A DNA stretch of 63,464 bases, the filler included, from Chiloscyllium plagiosum (taxonomy: Eukaryota): the NCBI RefSeq assembly GCF_004010195.1. It is 4 parts of one record of this genome, joined end to end, with 100 filler letters (N's around TTAATTAATTAA, not from the genome) between each part and the next. Parts side by side here need not be neighbours in the genome. Positions count along the whole stretch, not along the records: positions 35,022 to 51,747 come from NC_057717.1; 3 more parts are not named here. One strand, written 5' to 3'. Position 1 is the first letter of the stretch. Every line of letters begins with the position of its first letter. Position numbers and translations under genes: made by a program. This document shows positions 37,106-49,094 of this stretch, piece by piece. The notes beneath the pieces are model-generated. The model was not told the origin of the DNA. It saw nothing but the letters and a program-made list of their open reading frames with translations, and did no database searches.

Positions 37106-37818
37106 CTTGTGTTAGTGTATCCTGAAATTTCCTCACCAGACATCTTATGTAGCTAATCTGACATTTAAACCCTGTCTCCTCACATAGACAGAGTGGAACA
37201 TGAACAATCCTGCAGTGCTCTTACAGTACCCGTACATTCAAGGAAAAATATTTTTAAAATGTACGATTCATAGTCCATCCAGTAACCCTCATCCATTCCA
37301 TCCAGAATGAGTAAATATTATTCCCTTTTATTGTGATATGAGATGTGATTAAGGAAGGGGTGAACTGAGCCTGTTTGTTCAGTGATTGTGATTAATGTCA
37401 GTCTCCATGGGTTCTCAATACCCCAGTGGAGAGTTCCCATCTTTTAATCATAAATGNNNNNNNNNNNNNNNNNNNNNNNNNNNNNNNNNNNNNNNNNNNN
37501 NNNNNNNNNNNNNNNNNNNNNNNNNNNNNNNNNNNNNNNNNNNNNNNNNNNNNNNNNNNNNNNNNNNNNNNNNNNNNNNNNNNNNNNNNNNNNNNNNNNN
37601 NNNNNNNNNNNNNNNNNNNNNNNNNNNNNNNNNNNNNNNNNNNNNNNNNNNNNNNNNNNNNNNNNNNNNNNNNNNNNNNNNNNNNNNNNNNNNNNNNNNN
37701 NNNNNNNNNNNNNNNNNNNNNNNNNNNNNNNNNNNNNNNNNNNNNNNNNNNNNNNNNNNNNNNNNNNNNNNNNNNNNNNNNNNNNNNNNNNNNNNNNNNN
37801 NNNNNNNNNNNNNNNNNN

Positions 37819-38125
37819 GTTGCAGGGCAGTTCCTAATAGAGAAAGCTCAAACATGTGCCCATTGGCCTTTTAAAGCTGGCCACAGAGCCAGGGATCACG
37901 GAATATCCAGGGGTATCTGAGCGATGGTGAGTACCTCCAGCCATGATGGGTGTTAGAATCAGTCTGGCATTGAATGAGAGGGACACCATGGGGAGGGGTG
38001 GGTAGTTAATGAGGTGAGTTCGATACGATAGCACCAGGAAACTAGCTCAGCCTCGTGTTGACGATCCCTCTATCACACTCAACGAACATGGCACTGAGAC
38101 AAATTATTGTTAGATTCAGCCCAAT
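37819..38125 (-). mobile_element. Harbinger end fragment (inverted paralog of 16098-16405)
   Basis: Reverse-complement match, e.g. tagcaccaggaaactagctcagcctcgtgt versus acacgaggccgagctagtttcctggtgcta. Confidence 0.7.
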
Positions 38126-38317
38126 GGATCGAAGTCTGTGCTGAAATTACTCCCAGTTACAATGCTGCAGAATAACTGTTAATCCAAAATTCTCCTGAAC
38201 TCACACCAATATCCCATTCACCAATCATTCCTGGAAGCACTGGCTAATGTTACAGGATACTGTACGCTGGACAGTGATCTCATGCAGTGTTACTGAGAAA
38301 CGTACTGGGGTGGTGGA

Positions 38318-38630
38318 CACAGTTCCACACCCTGGTCGCATATCTCATCTGGGTTTATAGATCAATGCACTGCTGTGGTCTGCATATCTTTCCACTCTGT
38401 GTAGATTGGGGTTTTTATTGTACAGTACACCAGTCCGGTCTGCACAGTGTATCATACTGAACACATATCTCATCCGGGTTTATGGATCAAGCACTTCAGA
38501 AGTCTGCACAGTGTTCTACTCTGGAGCGATTGCAGGATTGTGTTCAACAGTACACGAGCATGGTCTGCACAGTGCTCCATGCTGAACAGATATCTACTCT
38601 GGGTTTGTGGTGTCTGGGCTGGCTGTCTGA
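38318..38630. repeat. About 60-65-bp diverged minisatellite anchored on tctgCACAGTG (relatives at 35022-35170 and, inverted, 12850-13030)
   Basis: gtctgcacagtg recurs at about 38438, 38502 and 38563. Alternate units share catatctcatc(t/c)gggtttat. Confidence 0.7.
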
Positions 38631-38961
38631 GGTGGATTGAGAATGTGATAGAAATAATGACTTCAACTGACATGGCAATGCTTTTACTTTTGTATTTCCC
38701 TGGCCTTTGACGTTGCTCACCCTGGAGAATTGGAATTCACTGCGACAAACCTCAGTAAGGTCACTCCTCAGACTCAACACTCCAGGGAATATAGCTCCAG
38801 CCTATTCGTACTCTCCGTGTAGCTCGACATCACCCACTCCTAACAGCAGCAACATACTTGTAAAAGTTTTCTGCACTCTTTCAAATTTAGCAACATCTTT
38901 TCTCAAGCAGGGAGAAATGAATTCAAGGCAGTATTATGGAAGTCGCTGAACCCAGTGTGTT

Positions 38962-40212
38962 GGCGAAAGTGAGTATTGCAGGTACTGAAGGTTAGTGTCG
39001 ATAATGTGGTGCTGGAAAAGCACAGCAGGTCAGGCAGTATCCGAGGAGCAGGAAAATCGATGTTTCATGCAAAAGCGATCTCGGATGCTGCCAGTCTTGC
39101 TGGGCTTTTCCAGTACCACACTCTGAACCCAGTGTATATCCCAAAAGGTCTCCTTCTTCAAAGACCGTAATTTTCCCTCCCACGTGGTCGACGATGCCAT
39201 CCGGCCATCTTATCCACTTCCTGCACCTCCGCCCTTGAATCCCACCCTTCCAAACGCAACAGGGAAAGAATACCCTAGTCCTCATCTTCCTCCCTACCAA
39301 ACCTCTAGATGCAATGCATCATCGTCCCCCATCTGGGCCACCGACATCAGACCCCTCCACCAGGGTTATATTTCCCTCCCCACCCTACCTGTGCTCCATA
39401 AAGAACATTCCCGGCGCGACTGCCTTGTCAGATCCACGCCACCCGCCAACCCACCCTCCCATCTTGGCACCTTACCCTGCAACCACAGGAGTTGTAAAAC
39501 CTGCACCTTCACCTCCCCCTCACCTCCGTCCAATTCCACAAAGGAACCTTCCATGTCAATTGGATTTTTACCTGCACTTCCACACATGGCACCGACTGTA
39601 TCCACCGATGTTAACTCGTCTACATTGGGGAGACAGGACACCAACTTATGGAACACTCCAGAGAACATCTGTGGGACACCCGCACCAACCAATAACACCG
39701 CACTATATCTGAATACTTTAACTCCCCCTCTCACTCCGCCATGGATATACACGTCCTGGGCTTTCTCCACCTCCACTCCTTAACCACCCGACGCCTGGAG
39801 GAAGAAAGCTTCATCTTCCACCCTGGGACCCTGAAACCACATGGGATCAATGATGATTTCACCAGTTTTCTCATTTCCCGACCCCCACCTTATCCCAAAT
39901 CTAACCTTCCAACTCAGCACGGCCCTGTTGATGTGTCCGACCTGTCCATTATCCTTCCCACCTATACCTTTCACCCTCCTCTCCGACATACCACCTTCAT
40001 CTACCTATCACATTCTCAGCTACCTTCCCACCAACCCCACCCCATCCCATTTATCTCTCAACACCCTTGGGCCCCAAGCCTCTTTCCTAATGAAGGGTTT
40101 ACACACAAAATGTTGATTCTCCTGCTCCTCGGATGCTGCCTGACAGGCTGTGCTTTTCCAGCACCACATTCCCGACTCTGATCTTCAGCATCTGCAATCC
40201 TCACTTTCTCCC
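38962..40212 (+). mobile_element. Penelope-like element, duplicated copy of 35872-37105
   Basis: Same structure and the same flanks. Confidence 0.88.
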
Positions 40213-41221
40213 TTGAGTTAGTGTATCCAGAAATTTCCTCACCAGACATCTTATGCAGCTAGTTTGACATTTAAACCCTGTCTCCTTTTATAGACAGACT
40301 GGGACATGAACAATCCTGCAGTGCTCTTACAGTACCCGTACATTCAAGGAAAAATATTTTAAAAATGTACGATTCATAGTCCATCCAGTAACCCTCATCC
40401 AGACTGAGTAAATATTCCCTTTTATTGTGATATGAGATGTGATGTAATGAAGGGGTTAGCTGAGCCTGTTTGTTCAGTGATTGTGATTAATGTCAGTCTC
40501 CATGGGTTCTAATTACCCCAGTGGAGTGTTCCCATCTTTTAATCATAAATGGGTGCCGTTCAATGTGTTATGCCATAGTATGAGCGGGAGAATCACCAGC
40601 AGCCCACTAACAGGGATCAGCAGCTCCAGACAGAAGCGAGGAGAGAATAGAATCTGATAATATTAGATTGGACTGTTCCAGCAATGGAAAAGAATAGTAG
40701 AACAATAGACTGGAATGTTCGAACAATGGATCAGAATCTGAGAACATTAGACTGGAATGTTCCAACAATGGACAGGAGTTTTTCCTATTTTATATGATAT
40801 CTTTCTATGTATTATGGTCAGTTGTCATTATCACGGCGGACCTATTATGCACTTTGCATTATTCAATATTTTTATTATCCTCTCCTGTCTATCGTTTTTG
40901 TACCTGGTAAGTCTCACTGTCCAGATATTTTTTTATAAACCAGTTACGACTGCATTTGTGTTCTTTCGAGTAGTCTACGCTTCTTGTCCTCAATCGTGTT
41001 CCTGTTGAGACTTTGAATCCAGTTCAATTCCTGTCTCCCTCTTTGCATCTGGCAGTATTACTCACGAGTGTCTATGGTGACCTACTCAGTTGCAGATTTG
41101 AACCACTGTCTCTCTGTCCTTGTTATTTATATATTGGGAGTGTGGAGGTCATTGTCGTCTATTATGTTTACAAACTCCATTTTCTTCCTGGGGCTCCATC
41201 CCATCCCTGTCCAATATCTTT

Positions 41222-41435
41222 TTTCATTCATTTACGGGTCTTGGGCATCGCTGGCTGTCCAGCATTAATAGCCCATTCCTATTTGCCCTTGAAAAGGTGG
41301 TGAGCTGCCTTCTTGAATTGCTGCAGTCCACTTGCTGTGGGTTTACCCACAATGCCAGTAGGAAGGGAATTCCAGAAATTTGAACCAACGATTCTGAAGC
41401 AACAGCAGTATATTTCCAAATCATGGTGGTGAGAG
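41222..41435 (-). mobile_element. LINE/SINE 3'-tail fragment present only in the right-hand paralog
   Basis: gggcatcgctggctgtccagcatt..gcccttgaaaaggtggtgagctgccttcttgaa. The reverse complement resembles the tail at 61210-61260. Confidence 0.65.
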
Positions 41436-41977
41436 GCTAGGAGTGTGTTGGGTGGGGGGGGGGGGGTTGGGGTTAAGGGGGTTGGTGCGTGTAGGTGAAA
41501 TATGCAGGTTGTGTTTGAAACAGACAAATCACAAATTTGGTGATCCCTTTGGCCATGAGCTGATTCCTGACACCATGCCCTGACCATTATTAACTTTAAC
41601 TACACACTGCTCCAGAAAGTACTTCACTGTCTTAATTCATCTGCTGTTTGAATCTCGGTCTGTGAAATACAGACTTAATGATGACAACAATCTGCTGCTG
41701 ACAGTCTCAGGTTGAAACCTGCAGAAACAAATCTGATTTCGAACTCGCACCAAAATTCAATCCATCTGACATTGCTGTGCACACTGATCTATATCGCTAT
41801 TGTGTCTGGCAATGTCTTTATTTTACTATTCTTCTGCACTTTAACTCATCTGTTCATGAAACGTCCCTCAGTCTCTTTGTGTCGTTTATCCAAATCCCTG
41901 CCAGTGGTTCATATTTAATCCGTTTTCCTTCATGTGTATTTTCTCGCATGCAATGATTTTTGTATTCAACACCCCAA

Positions 41978-42015
41978 TGCATCACACACACACACACGTG
42001 CATGACACACACACA

Positions 42016-42060
<45 letters not shown>

Positions 42061-42140
42061 GTGCATGACAGACACACACAGACACAAACACGTGCATGCT
42101 GGCGCACATGCACATGCATGCACACACACACACACACACC
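41978..42140. repeat. (CA)n microsatellite
   Basis: Directly visible. Confidence 0.95.
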
Positions 42141-42737
42141 TTCATTTATTCTCGTCCAATGAAGATGGAAATCCTCCCCTTTTAGACATTAATCTGTTGT
42201 GTGCATAATTCCCATATGATAATAAAGTTTTGCAATACTCCCCATGCTGGGCAGATAGTGCAGTTCATTGAGCAACACACTCGCATCGTGTGCACAGCTC
42301 TCCATGCTGGGCTGTCATCTTGTCCCCGCGTACATTGTTTGAAGTGTTCTGTGAAGCAGTTTCAGAATTTGATTGAACAAACCATTTCAATTCACCTGGA
42401 AATACCTTTATTCAATGTTCTTATTCTTATAATTTTGCTCTTGAACGATTCACTTCTCCAGTTAGTCCCACTGGTCTGCCTTTTTCCGCATATTTCCACA
42501 ACAGGTTCTCAAGTAATTAACTATCTGTTTCTGTCTTGAATGTGGATCTCTCTGTCCCTCTGTACCTTTCCGTGACCTTGATTTCTGGCTCCCTTGTGTA
42601 TCGACTGCTGGCATGGTAAAGCTCAGAGAGAATGAAATAGTGTGTGCCAAGCTGTTGTTCACTTCCCGGCGTGTCCCATGTGGTGCTCCATGGACAATGG
42701 GGTGTATATCAGGCTATTTGTATCCCTTTCGGAGGCG

Positions 42738-44382
42738 GTATCTGGGGAGTATAAGGTGAAGAAAGCATATGAGCCTGTGCCAGAAGCCGACAGACAGTGT
42801 TTCAGGAATCTAAAAGAGGGTCGCTGATTAAAACGCAAATTGAGTTTGAAAGAATCAAAGTAATTTTGAAAGGTGGGTAAGGGTATAAAAAGCGGAGCAA
42901 ACCTATGACACTCGTAGAAAGGTTCTTTTTTCGAAGGAATTCAAAACTTCACTTCCTGCAATAGTGAGAACACGCGCAGAAGAGCAGAGAGTTACAATGA
43001 CAGGATTAGAAGCAGAAATGGCTGATGATTATGAGTTCGTCCATAAATCAAAGTTTGGATACCACGATGGATTGAGAAGAATGTATGAGAACTTCTTAAA
43101 ATATACACCTGTGAGAGTAAGGTTGACTGGCATAGGCCAGGGGTAGCAGGAAAAGACGTTACAACATTAAGATGTACAGAGGCATGTAATTTCTTGATGC
43201 TGAGAAATGAGGAGACATGTCATTCAGAAAAACTATTGGAGAGATACAAATTGTTTCATTATGTAACGTGTCGTTGGTGTGTCCGGTGAAACCATCAACA
43301 GAAATATTTCACAACTGGGAAGGAGACTTTGAGCTTGGTGTTGTGTCACAACATTTCAGCATTTAACTTGCAAATAACGTGCCCAAGAGAAATCTATATA
43401 CGATCATAACACCTAAACGTCTTTGGAGAAATTTAGGGAGAAAACATCTGGTCTGTTCAGATATAGGTTTTTATTGCTGACATTCGATTTGGAAGTTATA
43501 CAGGTGACAGGACAAGAAATTGTACTTACTGACAAGTTGTCGAGACTTGAATTAAGAAAGACAGAGGCGTTCTGTGGCAGGAGTATACAGATTGAAATAG
43601 AATGGAGTTGTGAATGTTTGCATACTTACTGCCAATGTTGTATATAGGTATTGTAGTCCACTAATAGAGTAAGAATAATGGGTTTAAAAAGAAGGTGCTG
43701 TTGTGTATTAACGGTTCATTTTGTCAAAGGAGGAGATGTGACAATTCTGTCATTTTGAAAATGTTATTTTCTCTTTTTTTTTACGAGAAGTCTTAAAGGC
43801 AGAGATGCCGAACTGCCTACTGAAACAGGCTGAAGTAACTAACTGACGAGGCCTTTAGGTTTTATTAAAACAGTGGTAACAAATGTAGGGCAGTGTCCAG
43901 CTCTCCCAGACCAGATCTTCTCATTTTGATTTCAGCTGCAGCATTCAGAAGCTGCTCGCGGTCCCACGCGGGTTGGAAGCTTCAATACATGGTCCCGAGC
44001 TGCTCCTCTCTCAGAAAACTCTCTTGAAGATGCTTCTTCCTGGATTGGAGAACTGCACCTAAGATTCTGTGTTTGAATGTACCTTTGTGTCAAGGAACAT
44101 GTTTATGGGATGTTCCTGTATTAGCGCAGTTAATTAGTAGAAGGCACGGTATCTATTGTTTGCGTAAGTGTTCCAATTGAGAAGCTATCTCAAATTGTTC
44201 ATCTGTTTGATTGTGTTTTAATTGGAGTGTTTGAATGGATTACATATTACTTAACGTTGAGTAGGTTGACCAGTTGCAACATTTGTGGAACGCACAGTTC
44301 ACATCTACATTTAAAATAAGGTAAAGTTAGGGTCTCGGCTACCATTTTAAAATATTTTGAGGGGTCTGGTCTGTCCATAAGT
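42738..44382 (+). mobile_element. Paralogous copy of the Gypsy relic (gag 3' part, RNase H, PPT, 3' LTR at 43737-44382)
   Basis: MEKFREKTSGLFRY..EVIQVTGQEIVLTDKLSRL (ORF 43423). PPT aaaggaggaga is followed by TGTGACA. Confidence 0.85.
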
Positions 44383-44649
44383 CTTGTAGCTGAGGAGCGT
44401 CTGACTGAATCCTGTTATTGAAAAGTTAGTGGAGGTGCTGGCGATGGTTTGATGGAGGTTGCGCTGTGAGGTGCCTCAGGTGACCCAACTCGGGATGGAG
44501 TATGGGGACTGTAGTTAAAGCATTTGGGTCTGTAACATGCACAATAAATGGAACAGAGGCTGCAGAGAGGGGAAGCTCTGAAACCATGGAGTGAGTGCCT
44601 GTGGGCAAATGGATCTGCGGTATCCGTTTGTGATTTCGCCTGGATAAAC

Positions 44650-45445
44650 ACACACTCTCACTGTCCCCGTTACATAAACTCATGCACACTCTCCCTATCC
44701 GCTCCACACTCACACACACACACACACACACACAGACGCACACACTCCCCCTGTCTCACATGCGCACATGCACACTCTGCTCTGTCACACGCATGCACAC
44801 CCAAACCCACTACATATTCATCCCGCACTTACACACACACTCCCCCTCAGTCTCTCTCACTTGCACACATTCTCTCTCTCCCCCTCACACAAGCACACCC
44901 CCTCACATACACACACGCACACACACGTATGCACATACAAATCTGCGGAGTGAATTTGCATTTGTATTTGCAGATACGCTTTATTTTGTTCCAAAAACAT
45001 ACAATTTGGAGACAGTCAGTCAATGTGGCATTTTATAATCTCCTGAACTCGGAACAAACCTAGTCTGACTCGAGATGAAGACACAGACAAACTCCAAACC
45101 AGACTTCACCATTGAAATACATTACCTGATCGGAGACGTCACCTCCTTTACATCGATAATGTCTGCGATTTGCATATCCATCAATTAAAACCTACACCTC
45201 GATTCTAAGTGATTAAGGATTTAAGAGCCATCTTATGTGTGTACCATTCATGCTCCTGAGTTGTACAATCCTTTGATCTTTTCCTTATAACTTCTGAGTC
45301 TAAGGTCTTCATCTCTCTCTAAGACTTAATGAATAAGCAGCGCTATGAAAGCTTGTGTTTTCAAATAAACCCGTTGGACTCTAACCGACTATCGTGCGAA
45401 TTTTGATATTGCCTGGCCCAGTCCAAAACCAGCGGCTCCATATCG
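44650..45445 (+). mobile_element. Degenerate PLE 3' end, same family as 7690-8828
   Basis: CA-rich tract, gtgaatttgcatttgtatttgcaga, and decayed pLTR ccagtccaaaaccagcggctccatatc. Confidence 0.7.
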
Positions 45446-45599
45446 TACTTATTATTGCTTATCCCATTATCTATCTTCGTAAATAAATATTTCCTTTCCC
45501 CATGTTGTCTTGTCTTGCATATTAATCTATTGTGAGGCACATTACACACTGCTCTCTGGAAATCGAGATATATTACATCTGGATGAGCTCCATTACCCA

Positions 45600-47445
45600 T
45601 CTCTTAAACGAGGAATCAAGCGGGTTAAAAGTTGACATGACATGGTTTTAACGAGCAGAAATAAGGAGAATCCCAAGGCATCTTATTCTTATATAAGAAG
45701 CAAGCGGGTAACCAGAAAAAGGATTGGTCCACTAAAAGATAATGAAGGAAGGCTGTGTGTCGAACCTGAAAGAATTGGTGAGATTCTGAATGATTACTTT
45801 GCATCAGTGCGCACTGAGGAGAGGAACATGACGAATTTTGAGATTAGAGATAGAAATTTGATTAGTCTGCACCATATTGACATAAGTAAGGAAGGTGTGT
45901 TGGGTACCCTAGAGGTTATTAAGGTGGGAAAATCCCCATATTGCTGAGGGAGGTGAGAGAGACCCTGACAGATATCTTTGTGGCATCCTTAAATACATGT
46001 GAGGTGCTGGAGGACTGGAGGATTGCTCATGTTGTCCCCCTGTAAAAGAAGGGTACTAGGGATATTCCGGGTAACTACAGACCATTGAACTTGATATCAG
46101 TGGTGGGAAAGTTGCTGCAGAAGGTACTGAGGAATAGGATCCATTCATATTTAGAAAAGAATGGGCTTATCAGTGATAGGAAACATGATTTTGTGCAGTA
46201 GAGATCGTGCCTTAACAACTTAATAGAGTTCTTCGAGGAAGTGACCAAGTTGTTAGAGGTTGTTGATGTCATACACATGGACTTTAGTAAGGCGTTTGAT
46301 AAGGTTCACCGTGGTAGACTAATGGAGAAATTGTAGTCATATGGTGTTCAGGGTGTTGTCGACAGGTGGATAAAGAACTGGTTGAGAATCAGGAGACAGA
46401 GTAATAGTTGAAGTTAGTTTCTTGAATTGGAGAAAGGTGACCAGTGGTGTATCACAGGGGTCAGCCACAGTTGTTTGTAATATATGTAAATGATCTGGAA
46501 GAGGGCACTGTTGGTATAATCAGCAAGTTTGCAGATGATATGAAGATTGGTGGAGTAGCAGAATGCAAAAGGGACTGTCAGAGAATATAGGAGGATATAG
46601 ATAGACTGGAGAGTTGGGCGGAAAAATTGGCAGATGGCGTTAAATCCAGACAAATGTGAGGTGATGCATGTAGGCAAGACTAATTCGAGAGCAAACTATA
46701 CAATGAACAGAAGAGCCCTGAGAAAAGTTTTTTTGGGCATAGAGATCTGGGACTGCAGGTATTGTACCCTGAAGTTTGCTGCACAGGTGGATAGAGTGGT
46801 CAAGAAGGCATATAGTACACCGGCCTTCATTGGACGGGGTATTGAGTATAAGAGCTGACAAGTCATGTTAACATTTTACAAGACATTGTTTCGGCCGCAT
46901 TTAGAATACTGTGTACAGTTCTGGTCGACACATTACCAAAAGGATGTGGACGCTTTGGAGACGGTGTAGAGAAGGTTTTCGAGGATGTTGCCTGGTATGG
47001 AAGGTGCTAGCTATGAAGAAAGTTTGAGTAGTTTAGGTTTATTTTCATTAGATAAAAGGAGATTGAGTGGGGACCTGATTGAGGTTTACAAAATCATGAA
47101 GGGTATAGACTGGGTGGATAGAGACAAGCTCTTTTTCCCAGGGCGAAGGATTCAATAACGACAGGTCAAGTCATGGTGAGAGGTGGAAAGTTTAAGGGAC
47201 TTAAACTTTCCACCAGCAGGTACTTCATACAGCGGGTGATGGGCTTTGCCAGCAGAAGTGGTAGAGGCAGGCACAGTGGATCCTTTTAAGATGCGTCTGG
47301 ACAGATGCATTAGTAGGTGGGGAGCAGAGGGATACAGCAGCTTAGGAATTGACCGATAGGTTTAGACAGTACATTTGGATCGGCTCAGGCTGGGAAGGCC
47401 GAAGGGCCTGTTCCTGGGTTGTAAATTTTGTTTGTTATTTGTTTG
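45600..47445 (+). mobile_element. 5'-truncated CR1 LINE inserted in an older minus-strand CR1 (about 45450-45600 and 47446-47850)
   Basis: KENPKASYSYIRSKR (ORF 45642), NPDKCEVMH (ORF 46634), tail ttttgtttgttatttgtttg. Confidence 0.92.
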
Positions 47446-47525
47446 TCACACTTTAAAGAAAGCTAGTCAAATCATTCAAACGTTATTTATTCTTCATAAA
47501 ACTATGTTGACTGTGCTGGATTCTG

Positions 47526-47730
47526 GGAGAAAGTGAGGACTGCAGATGCTGGAGATCAGAGCTGAAAATGTGTTGCTAGAAAAGCCCAGCCGGTGAGGCA
47601 GCATCCAGGGAACAGGACAAATCGACGTTTTGGGCACAAACTGAAGAAGGGCTTATGCCCGAAACGTCGATTCTCCTGTTCCCTGGATGCTGCCTGACCT
47701 GCTGCGCTTTTCCAGCAAGACATTTTCAGT
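47526..47730. mobile_element. Fold-back PLE terminal-repeat insertion with a 14-bp TSD and hammerhead core
   Basis: Starts ggagaaagtgagg like 35191 and has imperfect inverted arms. CTGAAGA a GGGC ttat GCCC GAAA cgtc at 47641-47668. TSD tgtgctggattctg (47512-47525) and tgtcctggattctg (47731-47744). Confidence 0.88.
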
Positions 47731-48194
47731 TGTCCTGGATTCTGGGTTGACTTTGAAAATGTCTTGTTATTAATTCCTTCATAATGGACGCTAACAATTT
47801 GTCTTCAATACCAATAGATTTCTCACAACGTTTCATTCCCTAATGAATTTGGTTATTATAATTTCTTTGCTTTCTATAACCTCTACATTTCCTTTCACAA
47901 TTCCTGTGTAACAGGCACAAGGCTGTAAAAGATCTGTGCTAATTGCTGTGTAAGAGACATGAGTAGCTGATTGGGTACATTCTGTTCCTGACTTATACAC
48001 TCGCTGGGCTGAATGTCCTCTTGGTGTTACTACACTATAGTCTCGATGGCATGCATGTCCTGCTCCTGTTCCTGGCCACGCCGTTCAAGATCTCAATTCC
48101 CTCCTCTTGTCGCTCATTGACAGATCTGGGTCTTATGGAATCTCCCTGCTCAAATGTCACTTTTCAAGCGCTGAAATATGCAGGCAAGTTGTGT

Positions 48195-48410
48195 TGCCCA
48201 CAATGGGTAGCTCAATGGTCGGCAATGCTCCCTCACAGTACCAGAGATTCGTGTTCAATTACAGTCTCCAATTTCATCCCACAGTCCCAAGATGCACAGG
48301 TTAGGTGGATTGGCCACGCTAAATTACCCATAATGTCCAGGGATGTGCAGGCTAGGTGCATCTGTCATGGAAAAGCCAGATTATAAAGATTGGGTGGGGT
48401 GAGATAAGTT
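48195..48410 (+). mobile_element. HE1-type V-SINE (internally deleted)
   Basis: ggtagctcaatggtcggcaatgctccctcacag..cccacagtcccaagatgcacaggttaggtggattggccacgctaaatt. Confidence 0.8.
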
Positions 48411-48431
48411 GGGGGGAGGGGAAATGAGGAA

Positions 48432-48838
48432 GCTGGACTCGATCCCAGCGATCATTGAACTAGATCCCTCCAGTCATCATACTGGATCCCCGGTGCTAGA
48501 TCCACTTGATCACTGCACCGGTCCAAGTGGATCCCTTCCCTCGCTGGATTTGATCCCAGTGATCTTTGAACTCGATACCTCCAGTCATCCTACTGAATCC
48601 CTGCGCTAAATCCACTGGATCACTGCGCTGGTCCGACCGGATCCCTTTACTCGATCTACTTGATCTCAGTGATAATTGAGCTAGATCTCTCCAGTCATTG
48701 TACTGGATCCCTGCACTAAATCCACTTGATCACTGCACCGGTCCAACTGGATCCCTTCCCTCGCTGGACTTGATCCCAGTGATCATTGCACTCGATACCT
48801 CCGGTCATCCTACTGAATCCCTGTGCTGAATCCACTGG
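48432..48838. repeat. 110-bp GATC-rich tandem repeat, at least 3.7 units, running into a gap
   Basis: Units start at 48432, 48543, 48653 and 48763. Confidence 0.92.
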
Positions 48839-49094
48839 NNNNNNNNNNNNNNNNNNNNNNNNNNNNNNNNNNNNNNNNNNNNNNNNNNNNNNNNNNNNNN
48901 NNNNNNNNNNNNNNNNNNNNNNNNNNNNNNNNNNNNNNNNNNNNNNNNNNNNNNNNNNNNNNNNNNNNNNNNNNNNNNNNNNNNNNNNNNNNNNNNNNNN
49001 NNNNCTGCTCCTCGGATGCTGCCTGATTGTCTGTGCTTTTCCAGCCTCACACTGTTCGACTCTGATCTCCAGCATCTGCACTCCTCACTTTTAC

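Larger units (their letters stand above)
35022..37456 (+). repeat. Direct duplication, copy 1 (paralog at about 38484-40551)
   Basis: Collinear blocks with near-identical ORFs, e.g. 35886 vs 38976, 36280 vs 39184, 36952 vs 40058. Confidence 0.92.
40390..44650 (-). repeat. Inverted paralog of about 2520-8920
   Basis: Mirror-order matches of unique DNA, e.g. ORF 6164-6436(-) vs 42201-42539(+), the 42-bp minisatellite, the LTR with the same flank, and the Harbinger start. Confidence 0.88.

Noticed and set aside
41712..41918. LIYIAIVSGNVFILL resembles TM1 of an olfactory receptor/GPCR, and the paralog near 6760-6840 keeps YIAIVSGN
   Set aside because: No downstream TM2-7 motifs in any frame I could read; conservation is explained by the segmental duplication.
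42201..42539. ORF similar to ORF 6164-6436, suggesting a conserved small protein
   Set aside because: The similarity reflects DNA-level inverted paralogy. Starts and stops differ and no domain is recognisable.
48432..48838. Regular repeats (also 49752-49995 and 38318-38630) as a CRISPR-like array
   Set aside because: Whole units are repeated without unique spacers, there are no cas genes, and the context is vertebrate.
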